A stretch of DNA of 63,767 nt, the filler included, from Octopus bimaculoides (lineage: Eukaryota), in NCBI RefSeq assembly GCF_001194135.2. It is 4 parts of 4 records of this genome, joined end to end, with 100 filler letters (N's around TTAATTAATTAA, not from the genome) between each part and the next. Parts side by side here need not be neighbours in the genome. Positions count along the whole stretch, not along the records: positions 32,690 to 49,817 come from NC_069002.1; 3 more parts are not named here. One strand, given 5' to 3'. The translations under genes were made by a program, and so were the position numbers. The notes under the pieces were generated by a model. The model did no database searches and was not told where the DNA came from. It saw nothing but the letters and a program-made list of their open reading frames with translations. How positions within the stretch are numbered: position 1 is the stretch's first letter; each line of letters starts with the position of its first letter. Below, in pieces: positions 36,911 through 48,719 of the stretch.

Positions 36911-37802
36911 TAGTATATAAATATATATATAACCGGCGAAAACTGCAATGACGATCTGGAACTCGACTGACAAAAGAAAGCTCCGAATGACCCATACTTG
37001 TTTGTTCCTGTCCTTTTATGTATCGTGTGACTGTCTGAATATTTTGCTTTGTTTTTTCTATATATATGTGTGTATGTGTGCATGTATATTAAAAGGAGGA
37101 ATGAGACAATAAGGAGCAGCAGTTCAAATAGTGAAAATTTGGCATGGCTGCTAAGATATCCAACCTGTGATGGTACTTTTTAGAACTGGAGGCAAAAATA
37201 CACATACACACAGAGGTCAGGTCAGATGTGGGGTCATGCACTGTTGCAACATGTTACTGCATTCATCATTTGTTGGTATATTCTTGTAGGTTGAGAATCA
37301 AGATATTGAACTTGGTGTAGGGGAAGATAAACAAGTTCAAAACACATTTGCACTAGACTAAGCACAAAAGGCATTGTTGATGCAGTTAAGAAAGATCACA
37401 TGGAAAGCAGTGATGGGCAAGGGAAGTAACTCGTGTCTGAAGGCAAGGACCTGGATTATTCGCATGTCTCAATAACTTCTATTGCTTGTGTCCTCATAAG
37501 GTAAAGATATTCTTTCTGTAGCCAAGCAAAGAGACTTGGAAATAAGAGGTATTCACAGTCTCAAACTATCAAAAGGAGTGTCAGAACTAACAATGGAGCC
37601 TTACGTCTTCATTTAACCTGACAAAGATAGTAGCAAAATCTTTAGGTGTTCCACTGTTTTATGAAATATCTGAAGATACAGTCAGTCACTAGGACACTAC
37701 TCTCTTGAATCCTAAAACTCATCAGGCTGGTGTTACCCAGTTTCCATGGTATTCCCCCTGGATAGGACACCAGTCTGTTACAGGGTTACTCATTTAGAGC
37801 TG

Positions 37803-37847
<45 letters not shown>

Positions 37848-38157
37848 CAATTATTCGGTAGTCATGATAAAATCTTCGATAGAATTTTCGATGGCCAGAT
37901 AACTGAAGAGATGGCGGCATGGGTTTCCGCCCCGGCATCCGAATAAGTGTCACATATTATTTACAGATAAATTCTTCTATTTACTTNNNNNNNNNNNNNN
38001 NNNNNNNNNNNNNNNNNNNNNNNNNNNNNNNNNNNNNNNNNNNNNNNNNNNNNNNNNNNNNNNNNNNNNNNNNNNNNNNNNNNNNNNNNNNNNNNNNNNN
38101 NNNNNNNNNNNNNNNNNNNNNNNNNNNNNNNNNNNNNNNNNNNNNNNNNNNNNNNNN

Positions 38158-38210
<53 letters not shown>

Positions 38211-38566
38211 TACACACACACACAAATATATATATATATAGGCAATTATGCAGGTAAACAAATAAGATACATCAAATATATTTGATGTGCCTAATTAGTT
38301 TGTCCCCATAATTGCCTCTATGCCCGCTCAACTTGATCCCTCTTATGGCGTTTCTTTACCTCATGGAATGATCCCTTGTAAAAACATTGGAGTCTAAGTT
38401 TGAATTTTTCGAGGACTACTAAGTGTCTTCTATATGGAGAATCTCTGGGATCTCATCTGTGAACTATACATATATATATATACACACACACGTATGTATA
38501 AAATCTCTCTCTCTCTCTCTCTCTTTATATATATATATATGTATATAAGTGTCTATATATGTGTGT

Positions 38567-38601
<35 letters not shown>

Positions 38602-38647
38602 CACACACACACAGATTTTTAAAATTGGAAAATAAATTCAAACTTAC

Positions 38648-38809
38648 ATTTCTGCAGCAACTCTGCCCTTAAGGTAGCAGACTTGGGTTTTCGTTTCAGG
38701 GCAAAATGTTTCACAGGTTGAGGTAATTGGCCGGCCACAGAAAGCAGAGCTGTCTTGTTCAGGAACTGACATTCTATCGGCAACATTCGGTTATCGACAT
38801 TCTTCCGTA
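38648..38809 (-). CDS. NELFA: NELF-A coding exon 3
   Basis: Acceptor taaccag|, donor T|gtaagt, 162 nt, phase 1-1. (V)RKNVDNRMLPIECQFLNKTALLSVAGQLPQPVKHFALKRKPKSATLRAELLQK matches the conserved MLPLECQYLNK..VKHFQLKRKPKSATLRAELLQK motif. Confidence 0.98.
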
Positions 38810-39245
38810 CTGGTTAGAAGAAATAACAAACAAAAAGCATTTTAAGTTCCTCGATTTCTTTTGATTATGACCTGGCTACATAAAGTAAAGCAGTGCCCAT
38901 TAACCTTCCCACAAGACCCCTTCTCCCTACATTGCAACATTCAAAATAACACTGGTGACATTAATCAGAGTGATGCAATTGATGTTTCATGTTAGAAGAA
39001 ATCTCTGCCAGGAATTATACCAAATACTATAGATTGCAGTGTCTGTCATCGTTATTATCATCATCATCATTTAGTGTCCATGGATACTAAATAATGCAAG
39101 TGCAAAATATAAGTTACTTTTAGAGCATACAATGGTCCTAAAGGTCAGCAATGATCTTCCTCGGTCACAAGTGGACAGCCATCATGCTAGATCACTAGCC
39201 ACTAAACCTTTTTTCTATTTTCTCTCCCTGTTTATTTCTGTATTG

Positions 39246-39281
39246 CTTTCTGTTGAAGAGCGTAGGCTCGAAATGTAAAAG
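39246..39281 (+). ncRNA. Degenerate hammerhead-like motif, second family
   Basis: CTTT-CTGTTGA-A-GAGC GTAG GCTC-GAAA-TG-TA-AAAG; the core has A6->U and the CpG of stem III has decayed. Confidence 0.4.
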
Positions 39282-39366
39282 ACTTTCTCACTTCCCGATC
39301 ATTAAACTAATACATCTGTTTGTTGTTTACACACGCGTCTTCGTCTTTTGTTTTTTTGTAAATTTT

Positions 39367-39397
<31 letters not shown>

Positions 39398-39430
39398 CTT
39401 TATTTAAAAGCAGCCGAAATATAACAAAAG

Positions 39431-39470
39431 ACTGTTACTCGGAGTTTCATGTTCCCGTTCATCGGACAGT
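39431..39470 (-). ncRNA. Minimal type-I hammerhead ribozyme-like motif (Penelope-type end) in NELF-A intron 2, sense orientation
   Basis: Minus strand reads ACTGT-CCGATGA-ACG GGAA CAT-GAAA-CTC C GAG-TA-ACAGT: 5-bp stem I, CYGANGA core, stem II (one mismatch), GAAA, near-palindromic stem III, GUA site. Confidence 0.6.
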
Positions 39471-39677
39471 TTTGTTATATATATATTGGCCTTGCGGCCA
39501 ATAAAAGAAAGAAATAATTTCCTTTGAAATACACTGCAAGCACAGAAAATCATCATCATTGTAGGTAGAGAAAGAGAGAGTCAGACATCAGGAATACACC
39601 AACAACAACCAATAGCACATAAACAAACCAACACCAGGGACACTTACTTAAATGATTATGCAGAAGGACATACTAAC

Positions 39678-39846
39678 CGACTTTCTTCAAGTCTGCAAGA
39701 ATTTCAGCAAATGCACTGTTGTTCTCCAGATCAAGTTTGAGGGCACCGGTCTCTGGGAACGTCTGTAGAATTTCTGCAACAGTCGAAACCCAGTGGTCAC
39801 TGTCACCTGATGCTATTGTTAGTATTTCTTCCATTTCTTTTTGCCA
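39678..39846 (-). CDS. NELFA: NELF-A coding exon 2
   Basis: Acceptor ccaacag|, donor G|gttagt, 169 nt. WQKEMEEILTIASGDSDHWVSTVAEILQTFPETGALKLDLENNSAFAEILADLKKV resembles human ..IIQLASLDSDPWVLMVADILKSFPDTGSLNLELEE. Confidence 0.96.
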
Positions 39847-40162
39847 CTGTTGGAAATAGAAGATAGTGAGTCAGAGATGAAGATGATGGCCACAGAATGA
39901 AACAGGTTCTGGGTGTTCAGAAACTTATCTGTCTGTTTGTCTGTATGTATGTAAAGTATAATCTGTTTAATATGGATATGGAATGAAAGAGCTTGTTATA
40001 TATTGTTATCGAAATTCACAAGTACCAAAAAATTAAAATAAAATAAAGTAGATAAAAAACATAAAAAATAAAATTCAAGACATTATATTCACTGAAGAGT
40101 GTTATTTATTATTGGTAATTAAAACCTTCCATCTCAAAGTGATCAACAGAAGAGACTTCTAC

Positions 40163-40216
<54 letters not shown>

Positions 40217-41332
40217 CAAATAGTAAATGAGTATATGCATATATACGTACAGGTATGTGCATACTGACATCCACCTGTATGTATAGGTGCATATCCGGGT
40301 ACAGGACATTGCAAACAAAACGTAGACAAGAAAACACACAAACCACTATATATATACACATACATGTATACAATATACATACAAACACGTATACATATAT
40401 ATATATACATACTGTGTGGCACCTTGGACAACGTGTGTGTGTGTATATGTTTGTCCCTCACTACCCACCACTTAACAATTGGTGTTGGTTTGTTTATGTC
40501 CCTATAAATTAGTGGATCAGCGAAAGAGACCAACAAAAACAAAAATACACCAGACTTAAAAAAATAAGTACTGGGGATCAGTTTTTTCAGCTAAACCCTT
40601 CAAGACACTGCTCAAGCATGGCGACAGTCCAATGACTGAAACAAGTTCTGTTCAGTGCCATCTTCCCATCTATATTTTGTGGCACCAGCACTGGTGAGGT
40701 TACTAAGTACCCACAACATAAAATCCCTCAAATTAGTAGGGCCTACTTTTGCATAGTGGCTGTGTGGTAAGTAGCTTGCTTCCCTGTCAGGCTACTGTGT
40801 CTGTTTTAACAGGGCTTACAACTGGATGCCCTTTAAGTTGATGGGAAAATGACACAGTCAAAAAATTTGGGCCCAAATGGAACGGACAAGCACAATCAAT
40901 AAAAAAAACGGAAGCACACTGTAACCAGTAATGTATAAACATATTCAATAGTCTGGTCAACAGAGCAATATATAATATATATACATACGTACACAATGTC
41001 TCAGTTGAGGGATCTTGTCTTTCAGGTGCTTGGTAACCTCACCTGTGCTGGTGTCATGATAAAAAGCACCCAGTACACTGTGAAATGGTTGGCAATAGGA
41101 AGGGCATCAAGCTGTAGAAACCAAGCCAGAGACAGCAAAGCTTGGTGCAGACCCCTCACTCGTCAGTTCGTGTTGAACTGTCCAATCCAAGGCAGCATGG
41201 AAAAAGGGATGGAAAACGACAATTATCTCTCTCTCTCTCTCTTTCACACACACACCATCACCATCACGCACATACATGGGTGTATATTAGTTTTGTGAAT
41301 AGGTACAGGGTGTTGGGACTTGTTATATAGAG

Positions 41333-41608
41333 CAGAGGCTTTCAAACTTTTTGACTTGCGGACCCCTTTATATTTCAGGCTTTACCTTAGGGACCCCCTT
41401 ATAAACGCTTATGAAAGTTATACATAAATATTTGCTTAAAATAACATATATTTTTACATTTATTTATTTAACAGTATTTAACAAATAAGTTTATTGTCAA
41501 TTAAAAGATTTCAATTAAAAAAACATATATAAAATCAAATTGACCATAAAACATATTTGCTGTCCAGGGACCCCCTGTGGTCTGCGGACCACAGTTTGAA
41601 AACCCCTG
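41333..41608. mobile_element. hAT (Charlie-like) MITE, 276 bp
   Basis: Termini CAGAGGCTTTCAAAC..GTTTGAAAACCCCTG with a perfect 8-bp TSD ATATAGAG (41325-41332 and 41609-41616). Lies in NELF-A intron 1. Confidence 0.85.
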
Positions 41609-42319
41609 ATATAGAGGGTAGCATCTCACAGGACCCATTAAAACAGTAAAACTCCATTAAGAAGTGCCATGCAATCCATGACAACATAGAAAAGCAGATG
41701 GATGTAAGAAAAAGTTATGATGGTGGTCAGTTAACGTCCATCTTCTATGCTGGCATGCACAGTTTGGCAGGAGCTGGCCTGGTAGAAAACTACACCAGGG
41801 TACTGTGTCTGTTTTTGGCACGGTTTTTGCAGCTGGCTGTCCTTCCTAACACCAACCACCCCAGGGACCGAGTGACGTTGATAAATAATATTCGTGTTTT
41901 TTAGTCATAAAACCAACAAAAAAAGAAAGAAAGAGGTATGCGTGTGGGGTCAGAATCGATTGGGTGTGTATTTCAGAAATATAGCTGATACTTCACCATC
42001 GATATGATAATTCAAAACACTAAAACCTGTTAAAAGCACTTGATCTGTCATCCACACAAACATCACAATACGTATTTTAACAATGATTTTGTAACGTGAT
42101 TTAAAGAGGAGAATTTCCAAAAATTGAGAACGGAAATTAAAACAAAATAGATTGTCCTTTTTCTTTTTTTTTTTACATTCAGGAAATTCTATCTTTTAGA
42201 AATTCCTCATGTTAACATTTACAATTAGTATCTTTTACTATTTTGTTTTCAATTGAACTGGTTGCCTAAATATTTTATGCTTTTAAAATAAAACTTTTGC
42301 TCCGTCTTATAACAGTACG

Positions 42320-42832
42320 CTTTAAGGTCTACTGTTTAATTTTTGCCTGAAATACAACAATGTGCACTCCACCCACGCGACTTTGTTTCCTCATAACTTT
42401 CAGAAAAATAAATATTTTTTGAAGAAATTTTCCACAAATATCTTCCAGATGGGCTAGATGACGATTATATCAGAATTTAAGGTGAAGGAACAACACAAAG
42501 CCAAATTGATGGTCGCGCACACATATACACTAAAAACATCAAAATTTTTTCCAAATTTCAAGTTTCATTTTCTCTCTCTCTCTATATATATATACATGCA
42601 ATGTGTATCAGTATGTATGTGCGCCCACCAATTTCTTCCCTTTTTTAACATTAAATTCCCATATAATTGTAATCTATAATATCTGAAAGGTACAAGTAGA
42701 AAATCTCATTAAAAAATATCCATTCTTCAGAACGTTATGAAGAAACAAAATCGGAGACGGGGCACAATTGTGTAGGTATGTCTTGTATTTTTAATGCTGT
42801 TTCTAATTAAACACTAAACAAGCTACCTAAAT
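42320..42832. mobile_element. Old diverged MITE-like inverted repeat
   Basis: TTGTTTCCTCATAACTTTCAGAAAAATAAATATTTTTTGAAGAAATTT (about 42383-42430) is the diverged reverse complement of about 42700-42748. Confidence 0.45.
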
Positions 42833-43306
42833 GTTTTTTTTTTTTTTAATATCCGTTTATCTTCTATGAATTAACTATGCTTCTAAAATTAAAGTATATT
42901 TCTCCTTCCGGACGTAAAAAAACATAGTAAAACATGATTGTGTATACATACATACATAATTATTTTCTGGAAATTAGGCCCCGATTCACAACATATAATC
43001 AAAATATGTTATTAAATATACATATTTAACAATATATAATTGCACATTGGTGTAGATCTCTCTCTTTCTTTCTCTAAATATAACGCGATTTAAGAATACA
43101 CGAATATATCTAACGTGATTAAGGAGTACACGTGTATGTATGTATATATGTGATTTCACACACACACACACACATATATATATAGTTGGATTTGTGTGCG
43201 TGCATGACTATATAGGTGGAGATGCGTGTGTACATGTATACGAATCATGTTTGTGTGTGTATGTAGACAATGAACTTATTGTATAGTCCTCAGGTGCATT
43301 GTGTAT

Positions 43307-43337
<31 letters not shown>

Positions 43338-43339
<2 letters not shown>

Positions 43340-43575
43340 CTTGTGGAGAGGGTTGGATGTATCGATGTTTGTGCGTGCATGTCAAAGAATATATATATGA
43401 GTGTGGTATATATGTATTTATATCTATATAATTTACATATACATACACACACACACATATATACTTGTGGAAAAGGATGGATGTATCGATGTTTGTGCGT
43501 GCATGTCAAGGAGTATATACGAGTGTGGTATATATGTATTTATATCTATATAATTTACATATACACACATATAAA
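43338..43575. repeat. 124-bp tandem duplication in NELF-A intron 1
   Basis: TACTTGTGG..GATGTATCGATGTTTGTGCGTGCATGTCAA..TATAATTTACATATAC repeats at 43338 and 43462. Confidence 0.85.
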
Positions 43576-43645
43576 TATATACATATCTATATATACACAC
43601 ATATCCACATAATGTCATCTGAAATTGTTATGTTTGTACACAAAC

Positions 43646-43846
43646 CTCTTCTACATTTCTCCGAGGCAAATGAAGAAACGACAACATCACTTTCACTTTT
43701 ACGTGAGGCTGTAACGTGTAGAAACATCCCTGGATACTCAGTAATTTGTCCCGGGACAGCTGAGAGCAGATGGTCTTGCCTGACCACAAATCGTCCGTCG
43801 AACCTAATTTGTTGTGAAGCCACAATGCAGTGTCTCCAGAAGCCAT
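43646..43846 (-). CDS. NELFA: NELF-A (negative elongation factor A / WHSC2) coding exon 1
   Basis: Translates MASGDTALWLHNKLGSTDDLWSGKTICSQLSRDKLLSIQGCFYTLQPHVKVKVMLSFLHLPRRNVEE, matching the NELF-A N-terminus (human ..DTGLWLHNKLGATDELW..LHLPRRTVDE). 201 nt, phase 0, donor GAG|gtttgt. Confidence 0.97.
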
Positions 43847-45973
43847 AGTGAAAAAAGCGCGGGAGCAAATACAAACAGTACTTCCGATTCGTTAAAATTT
43901 TTAATTCGCTCTTATGCAGTGAATGAAACCGAGAGATTTGATTGGATGAAAGATGTTTAGTGAAATGTATTTATTGTCTGTGAAATGGGATTTAAATTAA
44001 AAAAATTAATTTAAAGAAATTATTTCTTTTTTTAACGAGAGAATAATTTTTTTTTCTGTCTTCTTATAATTGAATTTTGTCTGTTCCTTTTTAAAGATTT
44101 TGTTTTTGCTTGCGTATGTTATAATTCTATTATAGGCAGAAAGCTAGAAATTTTAGAGGAGGAAGCTTAGTCGATGACATCGTCATATCAGTGCTTGACT
44201 TGCCTTTTTATTTTATCGACCACAAAACGGTGAAACGATAAAGTCGACCTCAGCGGAATTTGAACTCAGAACGTAGAGATCCGAAAGAAATACTATTAAG
44301 CATTTGTTCGACGTGCTAACGATTCTGTTAGATCGCCGCCGAATCGTAATAGCGATTTCTACCACAGGTTCCAAGTTGTATTAGGAGACCCTATAGTCGT
44401 TTACTATGCAATAGATCGGCTTTCCTCGTTAATTAACTGGGACTACTGGGGCACTTTTAAATTAACGTCGGCAGAAATTAAGCACAAGACTACAGTACCC
44501 AACCCTTTATCCGAAATTCCCAGGAATCCGGGAATACTGTGCATATCGTGGACATAGATCCTGTTTTTCGAAAATAGTTAATTTGTATACAGTGCTTTCA
44601 GAATAGTTTTGTTTTTGACTTTTTAAAGCGAATTAATAAATATCAAACCGACCCTACTTTAGAATTGTATTTATACCTGTATCTGTTAAATAAATAATTT
44701 TCTTTCTTTTTTTCTTCTTTCATTTAATTTTCATCCTATAAACATATTCTATATACAGTAAACTATGTAATATTTTAAGTGGATTAATAAGATATCAAAC
44801 AGATGTGATTAGGAATTGTATTAATTTGATTATGTTAAATACAATTTAGCTCTTTACTTTTCAAAGCTTATTTTATATTTTAAGTATATGTTGTAGATAT
44901 ATTTTAAGTTCCAATCAGACTTAGGGTAACGTGGTAGTGGAACAGTGTAGTAGACAGGGCCATTAGAGCGAAGAAACAGGCCTGGAGGAATGGTGGTAGC
45001 GGAGAACTACATCAGGTAGCTGGAAGGGAAGCTAAAAGACAGGTATACTGAGTTACGTAGCCAGTTCGTAGTGTTAACATGTGTAGTATAATGCCTTGAC
45101 GACTCAGTAAAAGGAGGAGGGATCTCTGTGCTATATATAATTAGACTACGTTAAAAAGTGTCCAAATTACAGGCAAACAAGTAAAATATCTGGAGCTCCA
45201 CTGTCAGATCCATTGCTTTTTTACAATAGTGGTAGTGGTGGTGTGAAGGCGCATGGCTCAGTGGTTTGAGTGTTGGGCTCACAATCATGAGGCGGTGGGT
45301 TTAATTCCCTGATCGGCCCGTGTTCTTGAGTAAGACATTATTTCACGTTGCCCCAGTTCACTCAGCTGTGGAAATGACTTGCGACGTCACTTGTACCAAA
45401 CTGTATCGGCCTTTTCTCTTTCCCTTGGATAACATCTGTGGCGTAGAAAGGGGTGGGTGGTATGCATGGACGACTGCTGGTCTTCCATAAACAACCTTGC
45501 CTGGACTTGTGCCTCGGAGGGTAACTTTCTAGGTGCAATTCCATGGTCATTCATGAACGAAGGGTGTCTTTACCCATTACCCTATGTACATATAATGGTA
45601 TAGAGCGGGGTGGCTGGTATGCATGGACGACTGCTGGTCTTCTATAAACAATCTTGCCTGGACTTGTGTCTCAGAGGGGAACTTTCTCGGTGCAATCCTA
45701 CGATCATTCATAAACGTATACCCGTTTCAGTTTTAATTTTATTGCGATCGGGACTATAATCAAAGATTACCAGCAAAGATCTTTATTACTCGCTTCAACC
45801 TTTAACTTACATTAAACAGGTACGTAAAAAAGACAACAACAAACTCATCGAAAAAGAAAAAAAAAAGGTAGAATTCAGTAAGGGGCGATAACTCACGAGG
45901 TTAAAAGATCCGCTCTTATATTTCCCAAGTCCAATAAAGTATCATTTGTCCTGCCGGAGTCGCGTGTCACAGC
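43847..45973. promoter_or_regulatory. Divergent (head-to-head) intergenic/promoter region between NELF-A and SRP72
   Basis: Lies between the two start codons, which point away from each other. Contains local CpG-containing patches, an ETS-like ACTTCCG (43880-43886) and ZNF143-like GACTACAGTACCCA (44488-44501), but also SINE and RTE remnants. Confidence 0.6.
44905..45060 (+). mobile_element. RTE LINE internal fragment
   Basis: RVTW*WNSVVDRAIRAKKQAWRNGGSGELHQVAGREAKRQVY matches the RTE ORF2 WWN..AI..KK.AW linker. Confidence 0.65.
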
Positions 45974-46061
45974 ATGACGAGTCTGACACAACTGTATTCA
46001 GATTTAAATAAATTAAAGCAAAGCCAAGATTATGAAAGGGGGATTAAAGTAGCCAACAAAA
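45974..46061 (+). CDS. SRP72: SRP72 (signal recognition particle subunit) coding exon 1
   Basis: ATG at 45974; MTSLTQLYSDLNKLKQSQDYERGIKVANK + A|gtaagt, 88 nt. Resembles human ALWSEVNRYGQNGDFTRALKTVNKI. Confidence 0.93.
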
Positions 46062-47715
46062 GTAAGTCGTAGTCTTGTCGTTGTTATCGTTGTTACTATT
46101 ATTATTGTTGTTATTTTTTGCTATGATTACATCGACCAATGTGCACCATATGCAGGCGCAGTTTGTGGCCGAATGGTGAAGACGTTCGCTTCCCATCTGT
46201 GAGGTTTCAGGTTCGACCCAACTGCGTGGTATCTTCTGAAAGCGTAATATGCATCATACACAACAATATATATTTTATATAAATCATAATCATAAGTTCC
46301 GGACAAAATACTTAGCGGCATTTCTTCCGGCTCTTTTACATTCTGAGTTCAAATTCCACCGAAATCGACTTTGCTTTCCATTCTTTCGTGTTTCGTAAAT
46401 TCCACGTACCATTTGAGCACTGGGGGTTGAGGTAATCGACTAGCCCCACCCCCTCAACATTTCTGATCCTGTATCTATTGTAGGATTATTATTAGATATA
46501 CATATATGCACATACAACAATATGTTATATATATATATGTATATGTATCATAATCTTAGCGTGCAGATCGCAGTTGGAGCAACGAACATTTTTACAGCAA
46601 ATGATAAATAATAAATGTTTAAGTGAAGTTAACAGTTTTTGAGTGCATCGAATGGCTAACGTGTCTTCCACGCTGTAATTGTCTTAGTTTCAACACACGA
46701 TGTCAGAACAAATATCACTTTCCAGGCAAGTAAGCACACACCTCCACAAACCACGATATTTCACCTTTATCGTTATATCCTTTTGTTAACTAAGTGTGAT
46801 CCCTTTGGCGACAGTATATATATAATCTGTGTGTTGTGTGTGTATATCTATGTACACTACCAAAGTGATTCCGTCGAAATACTTGAACATATTGATAAAA
46901 ATATGTATTAGTGATATTCTACAGCTGATATCGTTATTTGTATATCTCCTCCTCCTTGCCAAAAATATTCGTCTAATATACCGACTGGTATCTTTTTTTT
47001 TTCTTTTCTCACTTTTGGCAAGTGACAGGTTCACTAGTAATATGCACATATGTTTGTTTTGGAGGTGTACTTGTCTGGCAAGTGACTTGATTTAATACTG
47101 TGTGTTGAAACTAAAATAAAACACATATTACCTATTCAAAAACACACACACACACACAAAAAAAAAATTTAATTTCATTTAAACATTTATTATCTGGTGT
47201 TAAAATCTCTGTGGCATGAATTACAACCTGGTTTCTGACACGGTTCCACTCTTTATTACACACACACACATACACACACCATATGAAGGCGCATGTCTTA
47301 GTGGTTAGGGTGTTGCAATCATGATTGCGAGATCGTTGGTTCGATTCCTAGCTCAAGCGTTGCGTTGTGTTCTTAAGCAAAACACTTCATTTCGTGTTGC
47401 TGTGCGATCATTTTGTCATATGACATATGGCACATCATGTACCTGTACAGGTAGTGTCGATTTGATGAAGGGAGTGAGCTTATGTCAACACATGGATCAT
47501 GTCCATGATTCATGCTGGCATGGGTTGGACGGGTCATTATGGTCTGAATATATTCTTATTTCAAATTATTTCCTTACTAGACTTGTTGAAGGATTGTGTT
47601 GTACTCGTGTGTTCCATTTTGGCATGGCTTCTATGATTTGATGGCCTTCTCTAACATATATAGTTATGAGAACCCAAATGAAAATGTATCTCTTTTTCTT
47701 TTTCTTATTTTCCAG

Positions 47716-47833
47716 TCATCCATGAACACAATGGAGAAACGTTGGCATTCCACTGTAAAATGGTATGCCTTATCAATCTCGGGCGTTTCGATGAGGTAAT
47801 GATAGCCATGAAGAAGTACCCATCTCTATCGAA
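47716..47833 (+). CDS. SRP72: SRP72 coding exon 2
   Basis: Acceptor attttccag|, donor AA|gtaagt, 118 nt, phase 1-2. (I)IHEHNGETLAFHCKMVCLINLGRFDEVMIAMKKYPSLS resembles human ALHCKVVCLIQNGSFKE. Confidence 0.96.
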
Positions 47834-47974
47834 GTAAGTTTTGCAATTGTTTTTTTAACTTTTTTTACTGTTTTATTATTATTATTACGATAATGACGTG
47901 ATGCTTCTTATGGAAGCCGTGATGTAGGTTTTTTGGAAGTTTGATCCTGAGGACACAAAATCTCTATCATCATC

Positions 47975-48278
47975 ATCATCGTTTAACGTCCGCTTTCCAT
48001 GCTAGCATGGGTTGGACGATTTGACTGAGGACTGGTGAAACCAGATGGCTGCACCAGGCTCCAGTCTGATTTGGCAGAGTTTCTACAGCTGGATGCCCTT
48101 CCTAACGCCAACCACTCAGAGAGTGTAGTGGGTGCTTTTACGTGCCACCGGCACGAAGGCCAGTCAGGAGGTACTGGCAACAACCACGCTCAAACTGGTG
48201 TATTTTACATGCGATCTGCACAGGAGCCAGTCCAGCAGCACTGGCAACGATATCGCACGAATGTCTTAACACGTGCCA
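47975..48278 (-). mobile_element. RTE-associated 3' end / short repeat
   Basis: (CAT)n-CGTTTAACGTCCGCTTTCCATGCTAGCATGGG..GGATGCCCTTCCTAACGCCAACCAC; related copies at 34050-34400, 41030-41220 and 41720-41860. Confidence 0.55.
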
Positions 48279-48492
48279 CAGGGTGGCCCAAAAGTAGGGT
48301 TGCAGTTATCGCATAGGCACTTCAAATTTCTTTTAAAACATTTTATTACATTTAAATTTCTATCTTACAATTAACTAAATTAGCATAGTATAATGGTGTC
48401 ATATTTTTTTTTATAATTAAAATCTAAACTGTTAATATATGAATGCGAAAAAGATAGCTGAATAACTGTAAACCTACTTTTGGGCCACCCTG
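48279..48492. mobile_element. Tc1/mariner-type MITE, 214 bp
   Basis: 30-bp TIRs CAGGGTGGCCCAAAAGTAGG(G/T)TT(G/A)CAGTTA (28/30 match), TA at the right end. Lies in SRP72 intron 2. Confidence 0.8.
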
Positions 48493-48598
48493 TATATATA
48501 TATATATTTTCAATGTGTATAGCCAGGTGTCATTGGTTGTACACCATTCTTTGATATTTCCTGCTTTGCTCCATTTCTCTCTGCTTTGTCTTCTGCAG

Positions 48599-48719
48599 TG
48601 ACCTGAAATTTGAGAAGGCCTACTGTGAATACAGGTTAAACAGGACAAACGAAGCTCTCAGGACATTGAGAGAAGTTGCCAACCCATGCCTTCGAACTCA
48701 AGAACTTCTAGCTCAAGTT
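48599..48719 (+). CDS. SRP72: SRP72 coding exon 3
   Basis: Acceptor ttctgcag|, donor GTT|gtaagt, 121 nt, phase 2-0. DLKFEKAYCEYRLNRTNEALRTLREVANPCLRTQELLAQV contains the hallmark FEKAYCEYRLNR. Confidence 0.98.

Noticed and set aside
37846-37952. Short inverted repeat (GACAATTATTCGG / CCGAATAAGTGTC) containing CTGAAGA, as another hammerhead
   Set aside because: No GAAA or cleavage triplet in the right register; more likely a small foldback repeat.
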